Source: Phoronis australis
Lineage: Eukaryota; Animalia; Phoronida
Reading direction: 5' to 3'
DNA: 49,013 bases
Assembly: GCA_002633005.1 (NCBI GenBank)
Contig: NMRA01000318.1
Location: 1 to 49,013, forward strand
Each line of letters begins with the position of its first letter. Positions within the stretch are counted from its first letter, which is position 1. The translations under genes were made by a program, and so were the position numbers. Shown here piece by piece: positions 1-12,975 of the stretch. The notes below the pieces were generated by a model. It worked only from the letters and a program-made list of their open reading frames with translations, was not told where the DNA came from and did not search any database.

Positions 1-170
1 TGACCTCTGCACTTGTATAGGCATGCTGTTAAATCCGATTTCTCCTATTTCTGTCTCATGAAGTCTTCTGAACACACTCGAGTTTGACCATGACATGCAC
101 CGTTCCCCTTTGGAAGTGGTCGCTTTCGATCCAAAATAGTCCCTCCCAAACAGGTGACTTGTGCATGATT
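1..170 (-). CDS. Kringle-domain exon (N-terminal part; runs off window start)
   Basis: Acceptor tgtctcgtag| at 171, phase 1. Translation SCTSHLFGRDYFGSKATTSKGERCMSWSN... matches kringle C-x4-G-x2-Y-x-G-x3-T-x2-G-x2-C-x2-W. No stops in 170 nt. Confidence 0.85.
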
Positions 171-334
171 CTACGAGACATGACGTGTTGTTAACTTAAA
201 AATGTACTGCAGTAAACAATTCACAATACAAAATGCAGCAAATTAATTGTCACATCACTTAATTCCAATGTTGTTATCGAGTAATCTATGAGACTAGCTA
301 GCAACTATACAGCCGGTACTTGCCACCGTATTAA

Positions 335-560
335 CACAGCGGTGAAAAAAATCGAAGGTAAAAAAGCACGGCGGAAACATGTCTGACCTTTGTCGGAGAA
401 TCTGCGGAGTTATGAATGACTGATCCCTCAAGAATACTTGGGCGTGTCCTTTTTTGACCCAGTGACACCACTTCAACACGTGTAGGCTGTTTTAGGTTCA
501 AAAGAATGTTGCAGTTGAAAGGGATCCAAGTTTGTTTCCTGGGATGGGAGGGCCTAGAGG
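335..560 (-). pseudogene. Possible decayed CUB-like exon
   Basis: About 75-codon open frame PSHPRKQTWIPFNCNILLNLKQPTRVEVVSLG...VSAVLFYLRFFSPLC* loosely resembling CUB. Splice sites not established. Confidence 0.25.
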
Positions 561-2389
561 GTTAGGTAAGTGATGCTGTTAAACATGTACTTGTAGTTCT
601 GCGTACATGAGAAACCAAAGTGGAACTTCATAAAATTCTAAAATACGTTTCGGAGATGGTGTTTAGAAATAGGGCCATCTCATTCGATTAGTAACGAATA
701 TGCATCCCTTTCAAGATGACAGTCATCGCTTCTTTGGAATAGTTTGATGTTGTGTAGGGAATTGATTTTTCTCAGTGTATTATCAATTATAACCAATAAT
801 TGTACTATGCAGTTTAAAATTGGAGTAGCACATTATTATTGTCTTGAGGTAAGAAAAGGTTTCTTATCAATTTAACACAAGTTGCGATTTTAATGATAAA
901 ACAATTTCGGTCACAGCATCAAAGATCACTGGGTTGTTTTTTTTTTCGTTTTTGCAGGTAGCGCAAGTTAGAATCGAATTGTTACTAATCATGATTGAAA
1001 TTGTGTCGTCCAAACAGCTATGAACTGTTTTCAATCAGCCGTCGTATAAAAACTATCCACTAGACTGACGAAGGACTGTGTGATGAAGAGACGCCGTATA
1101 ACATTTGACACGACCTCTGCAGCAGTTATTATCCCATCGCATGATCTTCCTTTAAGTTTCTGACGCGCGTTATAGTGTTGTCTATCACCCAACAGGCTTC
1201 TAGGTCGAGCCTCATCATTTTGGTGACGGCAGTTATGAAACTAGGGCCTTCATTTGGGCCCAACATCCATCTCGGTGTGTTGGTCAAGGGCAGCCTTAAC
1301 TAGAGGAGTACTTTCAATACCTGTGGCTTTTTTGCCAATCAATTGTTTCCTTGTGAGGTCTGTACTCTTTGCTAATGGGATCTAACTCCTATCACACGGA
1401 AAAGAAGCATGCTGTCGTCTGTGCAGATAACGTGTTTCTAGAATCCAGAAGTTGTACTTGATTGGTCGACTCGTCTCCTAATCGAGTCCCTCTCTTGCTG
1501 CATGTGCCCGCTTTTAACAAACGTCAGACAATATATACAACGTCTACGTGGTGATGTGTCATAAAAATTGAGACAACAATCTGTCTAGAAAGCACATCAC
1601 GCTACACTTTATACAGCCTTTTGTCACGTCGATATTAGTAAAAATAAGTTTTGTTGATTATTCAAGAATTTTTCAGTTAATTATGGTTTCCCGTTGTTTA
1701 CTTATTGCTTATGCCCTACTCTTGAAGTGACTCCTTTGAGTTTAAAATTTCCCGTCATTCTTCTTCCATGATGTCTGACTATGTGAGCCATTGAGTAAGT
1801 CATTGTGTTACCTCGGTCGTGACAAATTTCACCATCGTTTACGATTTTTTTGACTTAAGCAACATGGTGCACCTTTTCTGCGTACTCATTATCGTCTCAC
1901 ACGCACTTGGGTAGGCCATTGCGTCGCTTTCTAACGCATGACACTCTCCGTCTTGCTTGGCTCGTTGACGTATGAAAAACGCAATGTTACTCGTCCATGC
2001 AACTTATTTTTATTAATATTAAATATACATAATTGCGTTAATAGTTACTGTAATAGGTACAAGGCAAAATGTTTTGTTAAAAGTATTATGTGCGTGTACA
2101 CCCTCTGGATAAACCAAAACACTTAAATGTTTTTTTCGTGCTGGTCCATACTGCAATGCAGTAGAGAACTACCAACTACGTGACAAACATTTTCTGCCTT
2201 TGGATTACAAAAGATAAAAATACGCGGACTTGATAAAGGTTCTTGCCAAACAACGGCTGTAAAACGATGCCATAGCGTCGTTGTTGAGCCCGGTATTGCC
2301 TTTAAGCCACCACCGAGAAACGCATTTGTGAAACGAGGAGCGTCGAGAGCTGATGCCTTTTCAGTGACCAAAAACCCTTCAGGTATTCA

Positions 2390-2857
2390 CGTACGTGCAT
2401 CTGAATGAATTCCCTGAGTGTCCAGCTCCAGGTACTGTACTAGCAGTGATTCGCCCATTGCTAGTGTTGTCCCCATTCCAGAGCATGCAAATCAACACTG
2501 CAGCGACGTTGAGAAGTGGGAGTGAACAGGCCCAGTTCGTCTCCCAGTTAAGAGCTAGAACAGGTCTTCATCCACTAAAATTGCCTGTTAGCCATAGATT
2601 GATAAGCTTCTCGTGGACTTGATCAAAGTATTGGAGCTATTCAAAAGGGGTCAATTATGCGACGATGGTATCACACCTTGGATTGTAAGCTGTTTATGTG
2701 TTCAGGTCCCCATCCAGTAGGATTGCGTCTCGGGATACCCGGGCAAGTGGAGCATTTGTTCCACCGTCTGTGGAATGTCCGAGGCCAATTTTTACCATGT
2801 CCAGTGTCATGGCATTCAGTTAAACACCATTCAGTTTAGGAAAACACGAATGGACAT
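2390..2857 (-). pseudogene. Possible decayed exon (DGD-x-T motif, discoidin/F5-8-like)
   Basis: Acceptor ttttacag| at 2858, possible donor gtacgt near 2390. Phase-1 reading DVHSCFPK...AILLDGDLNT* has about 5 stops, so support is weak. Confidence 0.2.
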
Positions 2858-3774
2858 CTGTAAAATTGCCAATAAGATCTGTGACAACCTAACTTTTCGT
2901 ATCGTCGATGGGATGTGGCGACGCATATTTTAGGAAACCAGCACAGATACAAAGCTAGAACGTATACTCGCCTTTAGTTCAAACCCAGAATCAAAATGTC
3001 AGGAAATTCTGACCCAAAACGTCACTTCCGAAATAGGGCATGAACAAATAAATAAATTACAGATGCTGTAATTAACTGAAACTTATACTTGGGGTAATGA
3101 ATGAACGGAATTTTAGGTATAAGACTTTCCATAATGTGTTTAAAGTTCCAGAGCCAATGTTTCAAAAAATCTGCAAACGTTGGCAGAAGCATTTCAAAAC
3201 TTTTGTGTTTTGGACTAAAATACGAAGGCACTTTCCATTTTCGTAAAACAGTATTAAGTTTAGAAGATGTGACACCGGCACTCGTTATGTGTAATCAAAT
3301 AAGGAAATGCTTGACAAGTGCTTCATCTCAAAATCGCTCTTCCAAAAACAAGCTTGCCAAGAAACTAGATGAGTCTCAAAACAAAAAGAAGGTAATTTAT
3401 AAATGCCACGTCATCAAATGATCGGCAGTTCTCGGTAACCTTCTTTAAATGTCCTCAGATATTCACAGCAAATTTCAAAGCGAATCTTCTTCACTGAAGG
3501 TTTGCTTCTGTGGAACATCATTTGTGCTGGAGGCAATTCTTTGAAGGGTTCCCCAGAACTGGCGTAAGTAATCTCCCGAAAATTTCTTAACACTAACATT
3601 GATTTCACTGATACAATTTTGTAGCATTCACCTAAGTTTTCCTTTTAGTTGTTTTGCATGAATTGCGTTCCGAATAAAGCCATTTTTATTTGAAAACTGA
3701 TGTAGTAATATATCAGCCAATGGTGTACAACTCGTACAGTAACGTTTGTACACTTCAGTAAGTATTGAATACTA

Positions 3775-4059
3775 CAGACGAAATATCACTACAAATACGA
3801 TACTGTTCTTTGTCTCGAAAAACTAGTAAAGATAACAAATAATATCGTCTCGACTGCAGTGAAGGCAGGAAGACTCTCGTCTGGCCCACGTCTCGCTCAC
3901 GGCTCGCTCATGGCTTGCTCGCTCCTCGTTCACGCCTAATTAACGGTAAGCTTCGGGCACAGTCACACTTACAGTGATTCAAGACTCATTCTCCGGTTTG
4001 TCTCCGGTTATTGTTACGCCTAGCTGGACGAAGTGTAATAATTCAGTGACTGTACTGTA
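3775..4059. mobile_element. End of non-autonomous DNA transposon (TACAGT-terminus family), copy 1
   Basis: Ends ...cgaagtgtaataattcagtgactgtactgta. Homologous to the reverse complement of 35696-36030 and to 43590-43770. Confidence 0.75.
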
Positions 4060-4247
4060 GGAACATCTTGCAAACCGGTGAGTTGCCACTTTTCTCTTGA
4101 GCAGACAAAACTGACATATGTTTTAATTGGGTACACTAGGCTCCATCTACTCCAGACACCTTCGAGCCATGCTCCATAGATCAGCATTGACTTACAGATT
4201 CTTCTGAAATACTCCCCTCCTCCTGACTCACTTCCTGTACTCCTTAC

Positions 4248-4590
4248 CCTGGATAATGTCCGCTATCTGAGCACCGAAGTCCCGACCGCAGTCAAAACAT
4301 GTACGTGTGTCTATAACAATAAAGTTTGATGGAGAGTATGTCGTCTGCACCTTCAACAGCCGGTTTCGCTCACCACTTTCGTCCTGTTCATGTCAAAACG
4401 CATGCTTGTTGAACTTTTGCACCCTTTGAATCAGACTCGGTCATTATCCACCTGAGCGTTAGCCACCTTGAAGGCTCCTTCATAGAAGTGCATTTCTGAA
4501 GACGTGTGGACTTTCAGTATGAAATCGTTCTTTAAAGGGAAATGGACGGAAACGCAAGCAGGAGCATCAAGTCCTTCCAGGCTGTACCTA
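4248..4590 (-). pseudogene. Decayed exon, divergent CUB-like module
   Basis: RYSLEGLDAPACVSVHF...V*FKGCKS then frameshift to ...IDTRTCFDCGRDFGAQIADIIQG, followed by a phase-1 donor gtaagg at 4247. Contains stops and a frameshift. Confidence 0.4.
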
Positions 4591-4713
4591 ATATACTAGC
4601 AAAATTAGCTTCTATTGCCACTACCGTAACCTAAAACTATTATATCATAACTAAGATTTCAAAATCAGCAGTCGTTTGCAAGTTGGGGCAAAAATGACAC
4701 TATCCATACTCAC

Positions 4714-4734
4714 CGGTTGTTGTTGACTCTATCA
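4714..4734 (-). CDS. 21-nt symmetric phase-1 microexon, Ser/Thr linker (V/L-IESTTT)
   Basis: ttttatttttcag|TGATAGAGTCAACAACAACCG|gtgagt. Strong acceptor and donor, length a multiple of 3, same phase as the upstream kringle exon. Confidence 0.7.
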
Positions 4735-4762
4735 CTGAAAAATAAAAATTGACTATCACACA

Positions 4763-5073
4763 CAGTAGCGGATTTAGGGGGAGATCAAGGGGGCCATGGC
4801 CCCCCTAAAGTTCTACCAGATACAATTTGACAGTACGAGTGCGAATTGTTGACTAGCACATGCGCGCAACCAGGGGGCACAGGGGGTGATTGAACAATGC
4901 ATAGGCCCTGAACAAACCCCGTTTTCCGTTTTTTGATTTGGTAAAAATGTCCGCAAACCCAAAACGTCGAGACCCCTGCATACCTACAGTTTAGTCTGGG
5001 CGCGCGCATCTGCCGAAATTCTGGCATTTCCTGTGCCCTGTCCCCCCAATTCAAAATCCTGGATCCGCCCCCG
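4763..5073. mobile_element. MITE-like insertion with CAGTRGCGGAT-type imperfect TIRs
   Basis: cagtagcggatttagg ... cctggatccgcccccg. A related terminus catgggcggatccagg lies at about 26912. No TSD recognised. Confidence 0.5.
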
Positions 5074-5373
5074 ACAATAGTTACTGGAACATATGAACCA
5101 CGAATTCATTAAGCAAAGCTGGAAAACCATTGAAAAATATGAGGAACAATGGTTGTATATGCACAAAACAGCTTCGGCAATAGTAAACTCACCCATTGCT
5201 GCGTCGAACTTCTCATTTTCAATATGTCTTAATGTCGTAACACAAAAAGGCATTGGAGTTCATTGTTGAGGTTGTATGAACGATCCAAGGACAGCAAGCC
5301 TTTAACGTTTCGTAATTTTTAAGTAACTCATAACCTAAAGCACTTATTCGGTTGTTACAAACACAAACATTAC

Positions 5374-5688
5374 CATAAGTGGGACATATTGGAATGTAAC
5401 AATACGCCTTTGACCAGCCATGGGTTCGAGATTTTACAAAGCACCACGGTCCATTTTCGTCGTTATCGATGTTTCTGCAGTACGTGGTATTTCTATCCTG
5501 TGGATTCATCTTGTCGTAGGCGTTTACCCAATTACGAACGAATTCGAAGCTCTGGTAGGACGTTTCTGTCTTGAGTGACGCAATAATACGAGACCACTGC
5601 ATGCACGGTTGTTGGAACAGCGCAGAAACCGCTACCCTCCCTCTGTAGTTGAGGCCGCGTTGGTCTTTCAGACACGTTACGTCCACTA
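5374..5688 (-). CDS. Kringle-domain exon (315 nt, phase 1-1)
   Basis: CLKDQRGLNYRGRVAVS...CMQW...YCRNIDNDENGPWCF...YCYIPIC has all six kringle cysteines. Tandem acceptor tttag|tag|; donor G|gtaatg at 5373. Confidence 0.92.
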
Positions 5689-6184
5689 CTAAAGCATCGA
5701 AGGAGTAAGCAGATGATTGCATTTCGCCGCACACAACGTGATGAGACAGTAAAGTAGATTTTGAAATTCATTTCTAATTTTGAAACGAAATACCAGCCTA
5801 TATAGTTTGGCACGATATTTACATTATTTTTTTCAACAGTTTTCAGGATTCCCACTATTTGAAATAACGCAATTTGAGTTCTGGTACACCAGCGGTGGAT
5901 ACTCGGGTTGCAATGAGCGGTCGTGGGAGTGCAGCACTGAAAAAGGGGGTATAGCACTCCATCTCTCAAGCCACTTTGTGGTGCACCGTCCATAGACCAT
6001 GGGCGGCGCAGCATTGAAAAGACTGTGTCTATAGCCCCCCTTGCAGTCCGCTATGGCGTGCCACCCATGGCGGTAAATGGTGGTTCTTGAACAAAATAGG
6101 AAGTCACCGAGAAACCCATTACCCTAGAGGGTATTTGTTATGAATCTACATTTAAGTTGAGAAAAATGCAACCCAAGTGCTCAC

Positions 6185-6504
6185 CAACAATTTACATGAT
6201 TCATGTGCTCATCATTTCAAGAACAGTGTGACAGCTAAATTTGGTCCAGAGATGCCTGTACAGAACGTTGTGCCAGTGCAGGCTAGATGTTAGTTTGAAC
6301 AGGTCAGACAAGTCAATTGAATACCAGAATAAAGGTCATCTCTTTCAGCAAGTTTTCCTCGCTCATCTCCTTTGGAATTATTTGAACTGCAAGTGTTTCA
6401 GTCTCTCATTTCGATATGCTTCAAGAAATTGAAGGTTACTCGGCTCGTATTTGGTGTTCATGTCCTCCCAAATACGTACTAATTGCTCTAAAAATTCGAC
6501 AAAA
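6185..6504 (-). pseudogene. Decayed exon, divergent CUB-like module
   Basis: Acceptor tttctgacag| and donor |gtgagc. Fragments in shifting frames TLAVQIIPKEMS / GIQLTCLTCSN*...FCTGISGPNLAVTLFL align by eye with ILRVKIDPKNL / RLTC...GIARRGLTCLITF at 42670-43043. Confidence 0.45.
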
Positions 6505-7214
6505 CTGTCAGAAATAGACAGTGGAAGATTAGGACTATTCCACGAATTCTCCTTGTGGCACCTCTGCTGTACTAGCAGTGTCTGAATTGCGCATGCGTCG
6601 CTGTCTCTATATAAACAGTCGGCAAGTAGGTGGAGTTGTTTTCAAAGTAGGGCGTTGCGCTATGCCTGATTATAGTTGTGTCTCCCTGGCCATATCCTTA
6701 ATAGCTGTTTACAAGCTGCCAAAAGACCCAAGGTTATTATAAAGATAGAGAACCGCGGTCAACATGGTCAACCAACTGACGACAAGGGTGTCGACGCCAA
6801 AGCCTCATGACCTGCTGTGCTCATCACTTTTCCTGGTAAGTTTTTAGCAATCACTTTCCATCCACAGATTTTGGTGATATTATCCCAACCAGATACCCCC
6901 AATGCATAATGAGAGCTTTCAGTTGAATATTGATTCTGAACCGAAAATCTCCCGGGTCCAAGATGATACACCATGGTTATGTATGGGGTGCAATCATTAG
7001 AACAGATGTAAGGGACGTGCCACTCAAACGTGAAGGGGACTTCTTTTACGGGTGTTACTCTTCAACAACATGTTATTCATGACAAAATTCTCTTAATGAC
7101 TGGCCTACCTAATGTTTCAGCGAACACCTTCCACCAGGGCTAACAGATTTGTTACCGAAGTATCACCAATAAATTATTCATTAAATTCGTAACATTAAGT
7201 TGAAATAAAGACAC

Positions 7215-7608
7215 CTGGGATGAATTTTACTTGTTTATAGTAGCAGCACCTTGTCATGAAAGGTACACATTTTTTAAAAACTTCCAATACTGTTCCATAG
7301 ATACTTAAAGCTTTTTGTAACACAAGATTTTAATTTCAGGGGAGAAGGGGGTTTGGATAATTTCCACGTGTGAAGATGAAAACGAAATGTCAATTTAATG
7401 TTAAATATTTTTGTTGAAATAAAAATGTAGTTTTTCTTGTTTTCTTTTACATTTCGCTAATATTTATCCGACATTTAAATTATAGGCAAGAGAAAACGAA
7501 TCAAACCATTCGGATTACCATCTAGGTTTACATTAGGCAAAGCAAAGAACAGTCCTTCAGCAATGACCTGGGGGCATCACACACCCTCATTTCAGAAATT
7601 CATCCCTG
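7215..7608. mobile_element. hAT-type MITE candidate
   Basis: 13-bp TIR with one mismatch: ctgggatgaattt ... aaattcatccctg. No clean 8-bp TSD. Confidence 0.4.
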
Positions 7609-8202
7609 TGACACCCCAGATTTTGGACAGGAAGTAGAAGTGATTACTCAGGTTCGATCAACATAAATAAATACAATGTCCTATTTTCCTTCTGTGAATG
7701 AGGTCAAGTCTGTAGTGTCAAAGAGTGTACTAAGAACATTTCAATGAAAAAAGAATGTGATTTCAATTACTCATTTAAGTGAAAACAAAATTTAGCATAT
7801 CACTCAATTCACCAATTACATCATATACATTATTATTACACTAGAAATGTTGGGTTATGTTTTTACATTGCCATGTTATGTTCCAGGTGAGGAAAGGGCC
7901 CCTGAAGATGACTACAGTGGTCAACCAAAAGGTGAAACTAATACGTACGAGGTCTTATATCATCGTCAATTGAACACAAAGTATTGCTTACACAAGGCCC
8001 AAAGTCGAAACTACTTGACGAGTTTCAAAAGCTCTGGAATTTTTTTAAATGCCTGCGCAAATCAACCAATATATCAAATGCTTGATGTTGCGGCATGTCA
8101 CCTGAGGATCGGTGGTTCCTAACACTGATAATGTTGTACCAGGCATTGGATGATTTCAGCCTCTCTGTTGTCTAAAATTTAATGCATATAAAGGAAACCA
8201 AC

Positions 8203-8487
8203 CTGGATTAGAATTCATAACCCATGAGGCCGAAGTGTCACCACATGTCTCGTAGAGGTTTCCGGGGCATCGCAGATTACACCCCTTCTGCCTTAACTGT
8301 AGTGCAAAGAAACTTGCTGAGCACCAACAATTGAACTTGCCCCACACCGCAGCAAACGGGTACTCCATTTCGCTACACTTTTTCTGGCAACTCTGACGTG
8401 TTTGTCCTTTGTGTTTCATATAGGCAACGCGTCCCAATGTTGCATTGTTTACAGGTTTATGTATTCCCTCAAAGCAGTTGGGTAGTT
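8203..8487 (-). CDS. WSC-domain exon (285 nt, phase 1-1)
   Basis: cgctacag|ELPNCFEG...SCQKKCSEMEYPFAAVWGKFNCWCS...CNLRCPGNLYETCGD...NP|gttggt shows the full 8-Cys WSC pattern. Confidence 0.9.
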
Positions 8488-9149
8488 CTGTAGCGAGATA
8501 TCGTTGATGTCAAGGGGTCAATCTATTATACTTTAGTTCGCATATGTTCAACGTATTATTCTGACAAGTTTTTTCATGATAATGCTACAGATACGGTACC
8601 GTTTATTTCTTTACTCGTGTAATCCGTTATAAAGCTGGCCAACGAAACGCGGAAATTACGGCATACACGAATAACCGATTAGCGACTACTGAGTGTATTA
8701 CAACAAAACATTACGTTACATACGTTGTGACAAAGGCTAGTATCCACACGAGATGGTTTCTTTAGCGGACTTTCCCTTTTTAAAACTCCTCATTATTTCG
8801 AAAGCGGTAGTGCTTCAGTCTAATCAAACCCAAGGTGGCTTTGCGATTACCTTTTTTCGAGAAAATATTTTATGGAACCGTAGTTCTGGAGTCTTTCGAC
8901 GGGTCTTTCATAAACTTAGTACGTGGATACATCACACAAACACGATACAATATTATCGTTTTTTTCATTAACTAATCTCTGCTCACTACTTTGTCGAATA
9001 TTCCCCTTTCACTGCCATAAGCCTTTGTCTTTATATTGGGTGTAGTTCCACCACAAATGTTTGATAGAGATTAAAATGACTACGAAAACGCCAACTATTT
9101 AAATAAAGACCACGTTGTAGGGGCCGACATCAATCTTTTCCCAGTTTCA

Positions 9150-9560
9150 TGGAATTGTCCCAAACAGGCAATCGGCTAATTCCCATAAATCTACCGCGTA
9201 CTTAGGTTATGAAAACACTAATTGTCCTTTCTTATGCTGTTTTTTTAATAATAAGCCAATTTTTGGCGTTGATACAAATTCAGAGTGAATTCATGATTGA
9301 ATTCTCAATATTATCGAAATAATATAGGAATCTTTTCAAGCAAGATCTCGAGGTTAAGGGCCAAGTTACTATGTAATTTCAGTAAATCCATTACTCATTT
9401 GGTAGCTGTGTTTTTTAGAAAATATCAGCCGTCAAAGAGGAGCTCATAATAAAGATGAACTGATAAAAAGTATTATATCTGTGAGCAAACAAATACACTG
9501 GTTGGCAGAAGATTTTGTAAACTTTGTTGAATCCCTATTTGGTACCAAAGTTCTGGGAAC
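9150..9560. repeat. Dispersed repeat with a forward copy (9150-9445) and an inverted partial copy (about 9500-9550)
   Basis: gtcccaaa.agg...aaatctac.gcgta...ttatgctg is shared with 33810-34085. The reverse complement of 9505-9545 matches the same start. Confidence 0.65.
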
Positions 9561-10162
9561 ATAACAGAGTTCGTGGATGTGATCATCCAAATTTGGTTTG
9601 CGATCTTCGTATTGATCCGAATAGAAATTGAACCTGTGCAGAACACTCAAAAACAAGAAAACTCGCTTCGCAAAAGAGTAACAAAGATGACGAGTTTCAT
9701 GACGTCAAGTTCAGTAAGAAAGTGTGTGGCAGGGCAATATGACCTACCTAGTACCGATTCATTTCATCATCTGATATAATTACTATAGTGAGCAAAACTT
9801 TATCGAAATAACTGAAGGAAAGAGATCGACACAAAGAACGACCACAGGGTCAGACATGGTCACAGAGCTCGACATCGGAAGAAGAAACTGCACAAGGAAC
9901 TTTTCGTAAACCAACATCGACGTCGAAACCCGTATCCCTGCACAGCTGCCAACACCACTGCCAGCATCATTACACAACTAATATAAGCTGCACGTCCAAG
10001 ACTAGCAGACCGAGTGGTGTCACATAACGGAATGACTATTGCGACAACGCCAACAACGGTGCAGCAAAAGCCAGCTTCAGAAATAACTGTACTCTAGATG
10101 CACAAAACGCCACTACTAACCTTGGTGACGGTAATATAATGGGTGATGCAACAATGAACACN

Positions 10163-10361
10163 CACTTTAACTGTGCCTGTATAACGAAGGTTCTCACCGT
10201 GCCGCCGAGTGTTCCACATCTTAATCTGCAGATTGCATTGTTCGAAGCTTCAGCGGAGGCGAGTGGTTTCACATTCGATTGGTAGTTGTAACAGCCAGGC
10301 TTATAGGAATCGAAGAAAAAGGGTCGTCCAAACCATGGCGGAAGTTCGATACACCGCACAC
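10163..10361 (-). CDS. WSC-domain exon, truncated by an assembly gap (N at 10162)
   Basis: ttttataatccag|GVRCIELPPWFG...YKPGCYNY...NNAICRLRCG...FVIQAQLK(C/W) gives the N-terminal WSC motifs GC-Y and C-x3-C. Sequence beyond the N does not continue the domain. Confidence 0.75.
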
Positions 10362-12975
10362 CTGGATTATAAAACAATTATCCTCTGCCCTGTCCACGTT
10401 CCCTGATCAAGAATTAGGAATCCATATTTAAACAACTTTCATTGTTAAAAAATAGCTTGAGACTGGTGTATATTGTCGCACCAAAATATATTAGGACCGG
10501 TCAGTCAAATCTACCTGCGGCCAACCAATCAGGGGTAAAACGAGACCTTAAAACTAAGAGTAGTCTAGGACGCGTATAGAAATGCTCTGATTAGCAAAAC
10601 AGGCCGTTTAGAAATATTTTTGTATTTCGGCATTGTATTTCTCCAACAACCGGGAAAACCGACAAAGTGCAACGTGTGTTTGGGCTAATTGGGAACATTT
10701 TTGTGATTTGACAGCGACTTTCCTGCGAACTAGCTGGAGCAGGACTCCATGAATGGTACTATAAGAAAGAACAGTTTCTCATGGTTTGTTGAAACCCTGT
10801 TTTGTGTAAATTTATTGAGTTATGTGTTTGATATGGACGGCTGAATCGAAGAACCCAAGGAATTTTTAGTCCCGAGTGTCATATCTTGTAGTAATATATG
10901 TAGTGTATTGGGGACGATCAGCTGAGGACGCATGTGGTTTCTTTCATTTCAAATGTGATTTAATAGACTAAACATGGTTTTGAATGGCTGAACCCCCACC
11001 TTGCCGCTTGTTGGCTGTGCTGTGGTCTGTGGTTCCATAAAATGATATTTTAATTTTAAAGGTGTTTTTATGTAACTTTCGAAAAACTTATTCTTGTATT
11101 TGTTTGCGCAATAGTATTTGTGCGTTTGTTCGTGTACAGTACATGTTATTACTATTTCAAATTGTGTCTACACTTCAGTTAAATGTATGAATCTGATATA
11201 GATCCTACAGTGTATCAATTTTTGAGCAGTAATTGCACAAGCATTCTTAAACTAAACCTGTGAAAAAATAGAAAAGAAAAGAAAATTCCCTGTAAAAGAA
11301 TACACTGAAATAAGTTATGTTGTTGACAGCGTATCTTGTACTTACCAATGATCCCGTTCTTGGCAGACTGCGCAGGTTTTTTGAATTTTCCCGCTGACAT
11401 CGCAGCAACATTGTATTCAAACTCCCTAGACCCCCTCGACCACCTTAGCCATTCGCCCCCTACACCCACCTTTTCTCGACCCAGGACATGAGGCCATAGA
11501 AGCATTTGTGCGTTTTTACATAATTCAGAATGTAACTGGGTGATTTTCCCATAAGACATACCTACACGCGAATCTGCTCTGGCTAAAATCTGATGATTAA
11601 AAACAGAGGGGCCTGAGAACGCCGGTGGTCTTGAATAGCGCTCAAAAGGTGTCATGAGTGGCTATTTATGGCCCATTCCTAATAAATTCAGGGAGAGAAT
11701 TAATTAACTAGAATAAACATAATTTGATATTTTTAGTATTGGCCTTAGTTTTTTCAATTTGTATTTACGGGTAAAATTACTGTTTTGTCGGTTCCTCACA
11801 CTCTCCGTAAAAAGATATGTCTGCAATTCACCGAAGAAGAAGACGAGACGATTACACTTTTCCGGGAACGATATTTTTAACGTAGGTAGGTCTTTGATTT
11901 TGATTTTGATTTGGTTGAGTTTTTTTCTTCTGTTTTTTGGGTTTCAAATTTGACGAACCGACTGCCTTTATTGCAAAAACAGGGAAAAGCCAGCAGTGCT
12001 CAATACTCCTACAAGTCAGCCCTTGTTCTATGTTCATATCAAGTCGAACTTTTGTACCCTGGGTTGAGGGGTTGTGGATCGTTGGTTGAAGGGGGCGAGG
12101 GTCCTAGCTAGTGGTTCGAGAGGTTCGAGTGGTGTGGGGGTTGAAGGGGTTTCAGAGCAATCCATTGCAACACCATCCTGCTCTCTAGCTTGCGGCAAAA
12201 TTCAATTGTTGTCACTTGTGCTTTTGTAATTTCCCACGCGAAATAGTCCCAGTTACACTTTCAACAAAAAACGCTATTTCCGTGGAAGTTTCAGCACTGC
12301 AAACTCCCATCCGACTAAAAATTGGACGCCATCATTGTATGGTGTTAAGTGTTTAGTTTACGATTCAACAAACACGATTTCGCGACAGTTTTGTATGCTG
12401 CTGCAAACACTTGATCATTGTAGTGGTATTGGCTGGGATAAACTTTCGAATAATAGGAACTCTAAGTGCATTTTATTTTTTACTGTATCAACATTACACG
12501 CTATAAGTCCCATATTCCATAATATTAACCAATACCAGAACAAGCGATTGCAAACAAGTTCCCCACATGCGCGGGGCAACCTCAGCATCTCAACAACGAA
12601 TTTTGTCAATCTATGCTTACTGATTTATTAGCAGGCAATAGTTGTGATGTCTCCAAATTTAATGCTTGTTTGTATCAATTATGTGTATTTTTTGTTTTGT
12701 AACTTCCCATAATGCACTACAGTGACGGTTGGCCGCGGGTATTGTGAAGACTGCGGTCATATCAGAGAAAATTGCAGGGATTGGAGTGTACAACAGAAAT
12801 AGGTGGTAAGGAAATGCTAATGATGGATATCAGGGCGAGGACGGAACGATGGGGGGAAATACGAAACGAAGCCAAAGAATGTGGACAGAGGATTGCTGGT
12901 TAAATGAAAGCTCATTGATAAGTGCAGTTTAGGCGCTTTCTAAAGCACTTTAGGTCACCGTAAATGGATACTCAC

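Noticed and set aside
1040-1440. Another possible decayed CUB-like exon (MRLDLEACW...RSCDG)
   Set aside because: Similarity too faint and no convincing donor site.
5219-5734. ORF-track proteins (e.g. 171 aa at 5219-5734, 126 aa at 41328-41708) as complete genes
   Set aside because: They are internal exons read through into intron sequence; splice sites define shorter coding segments.
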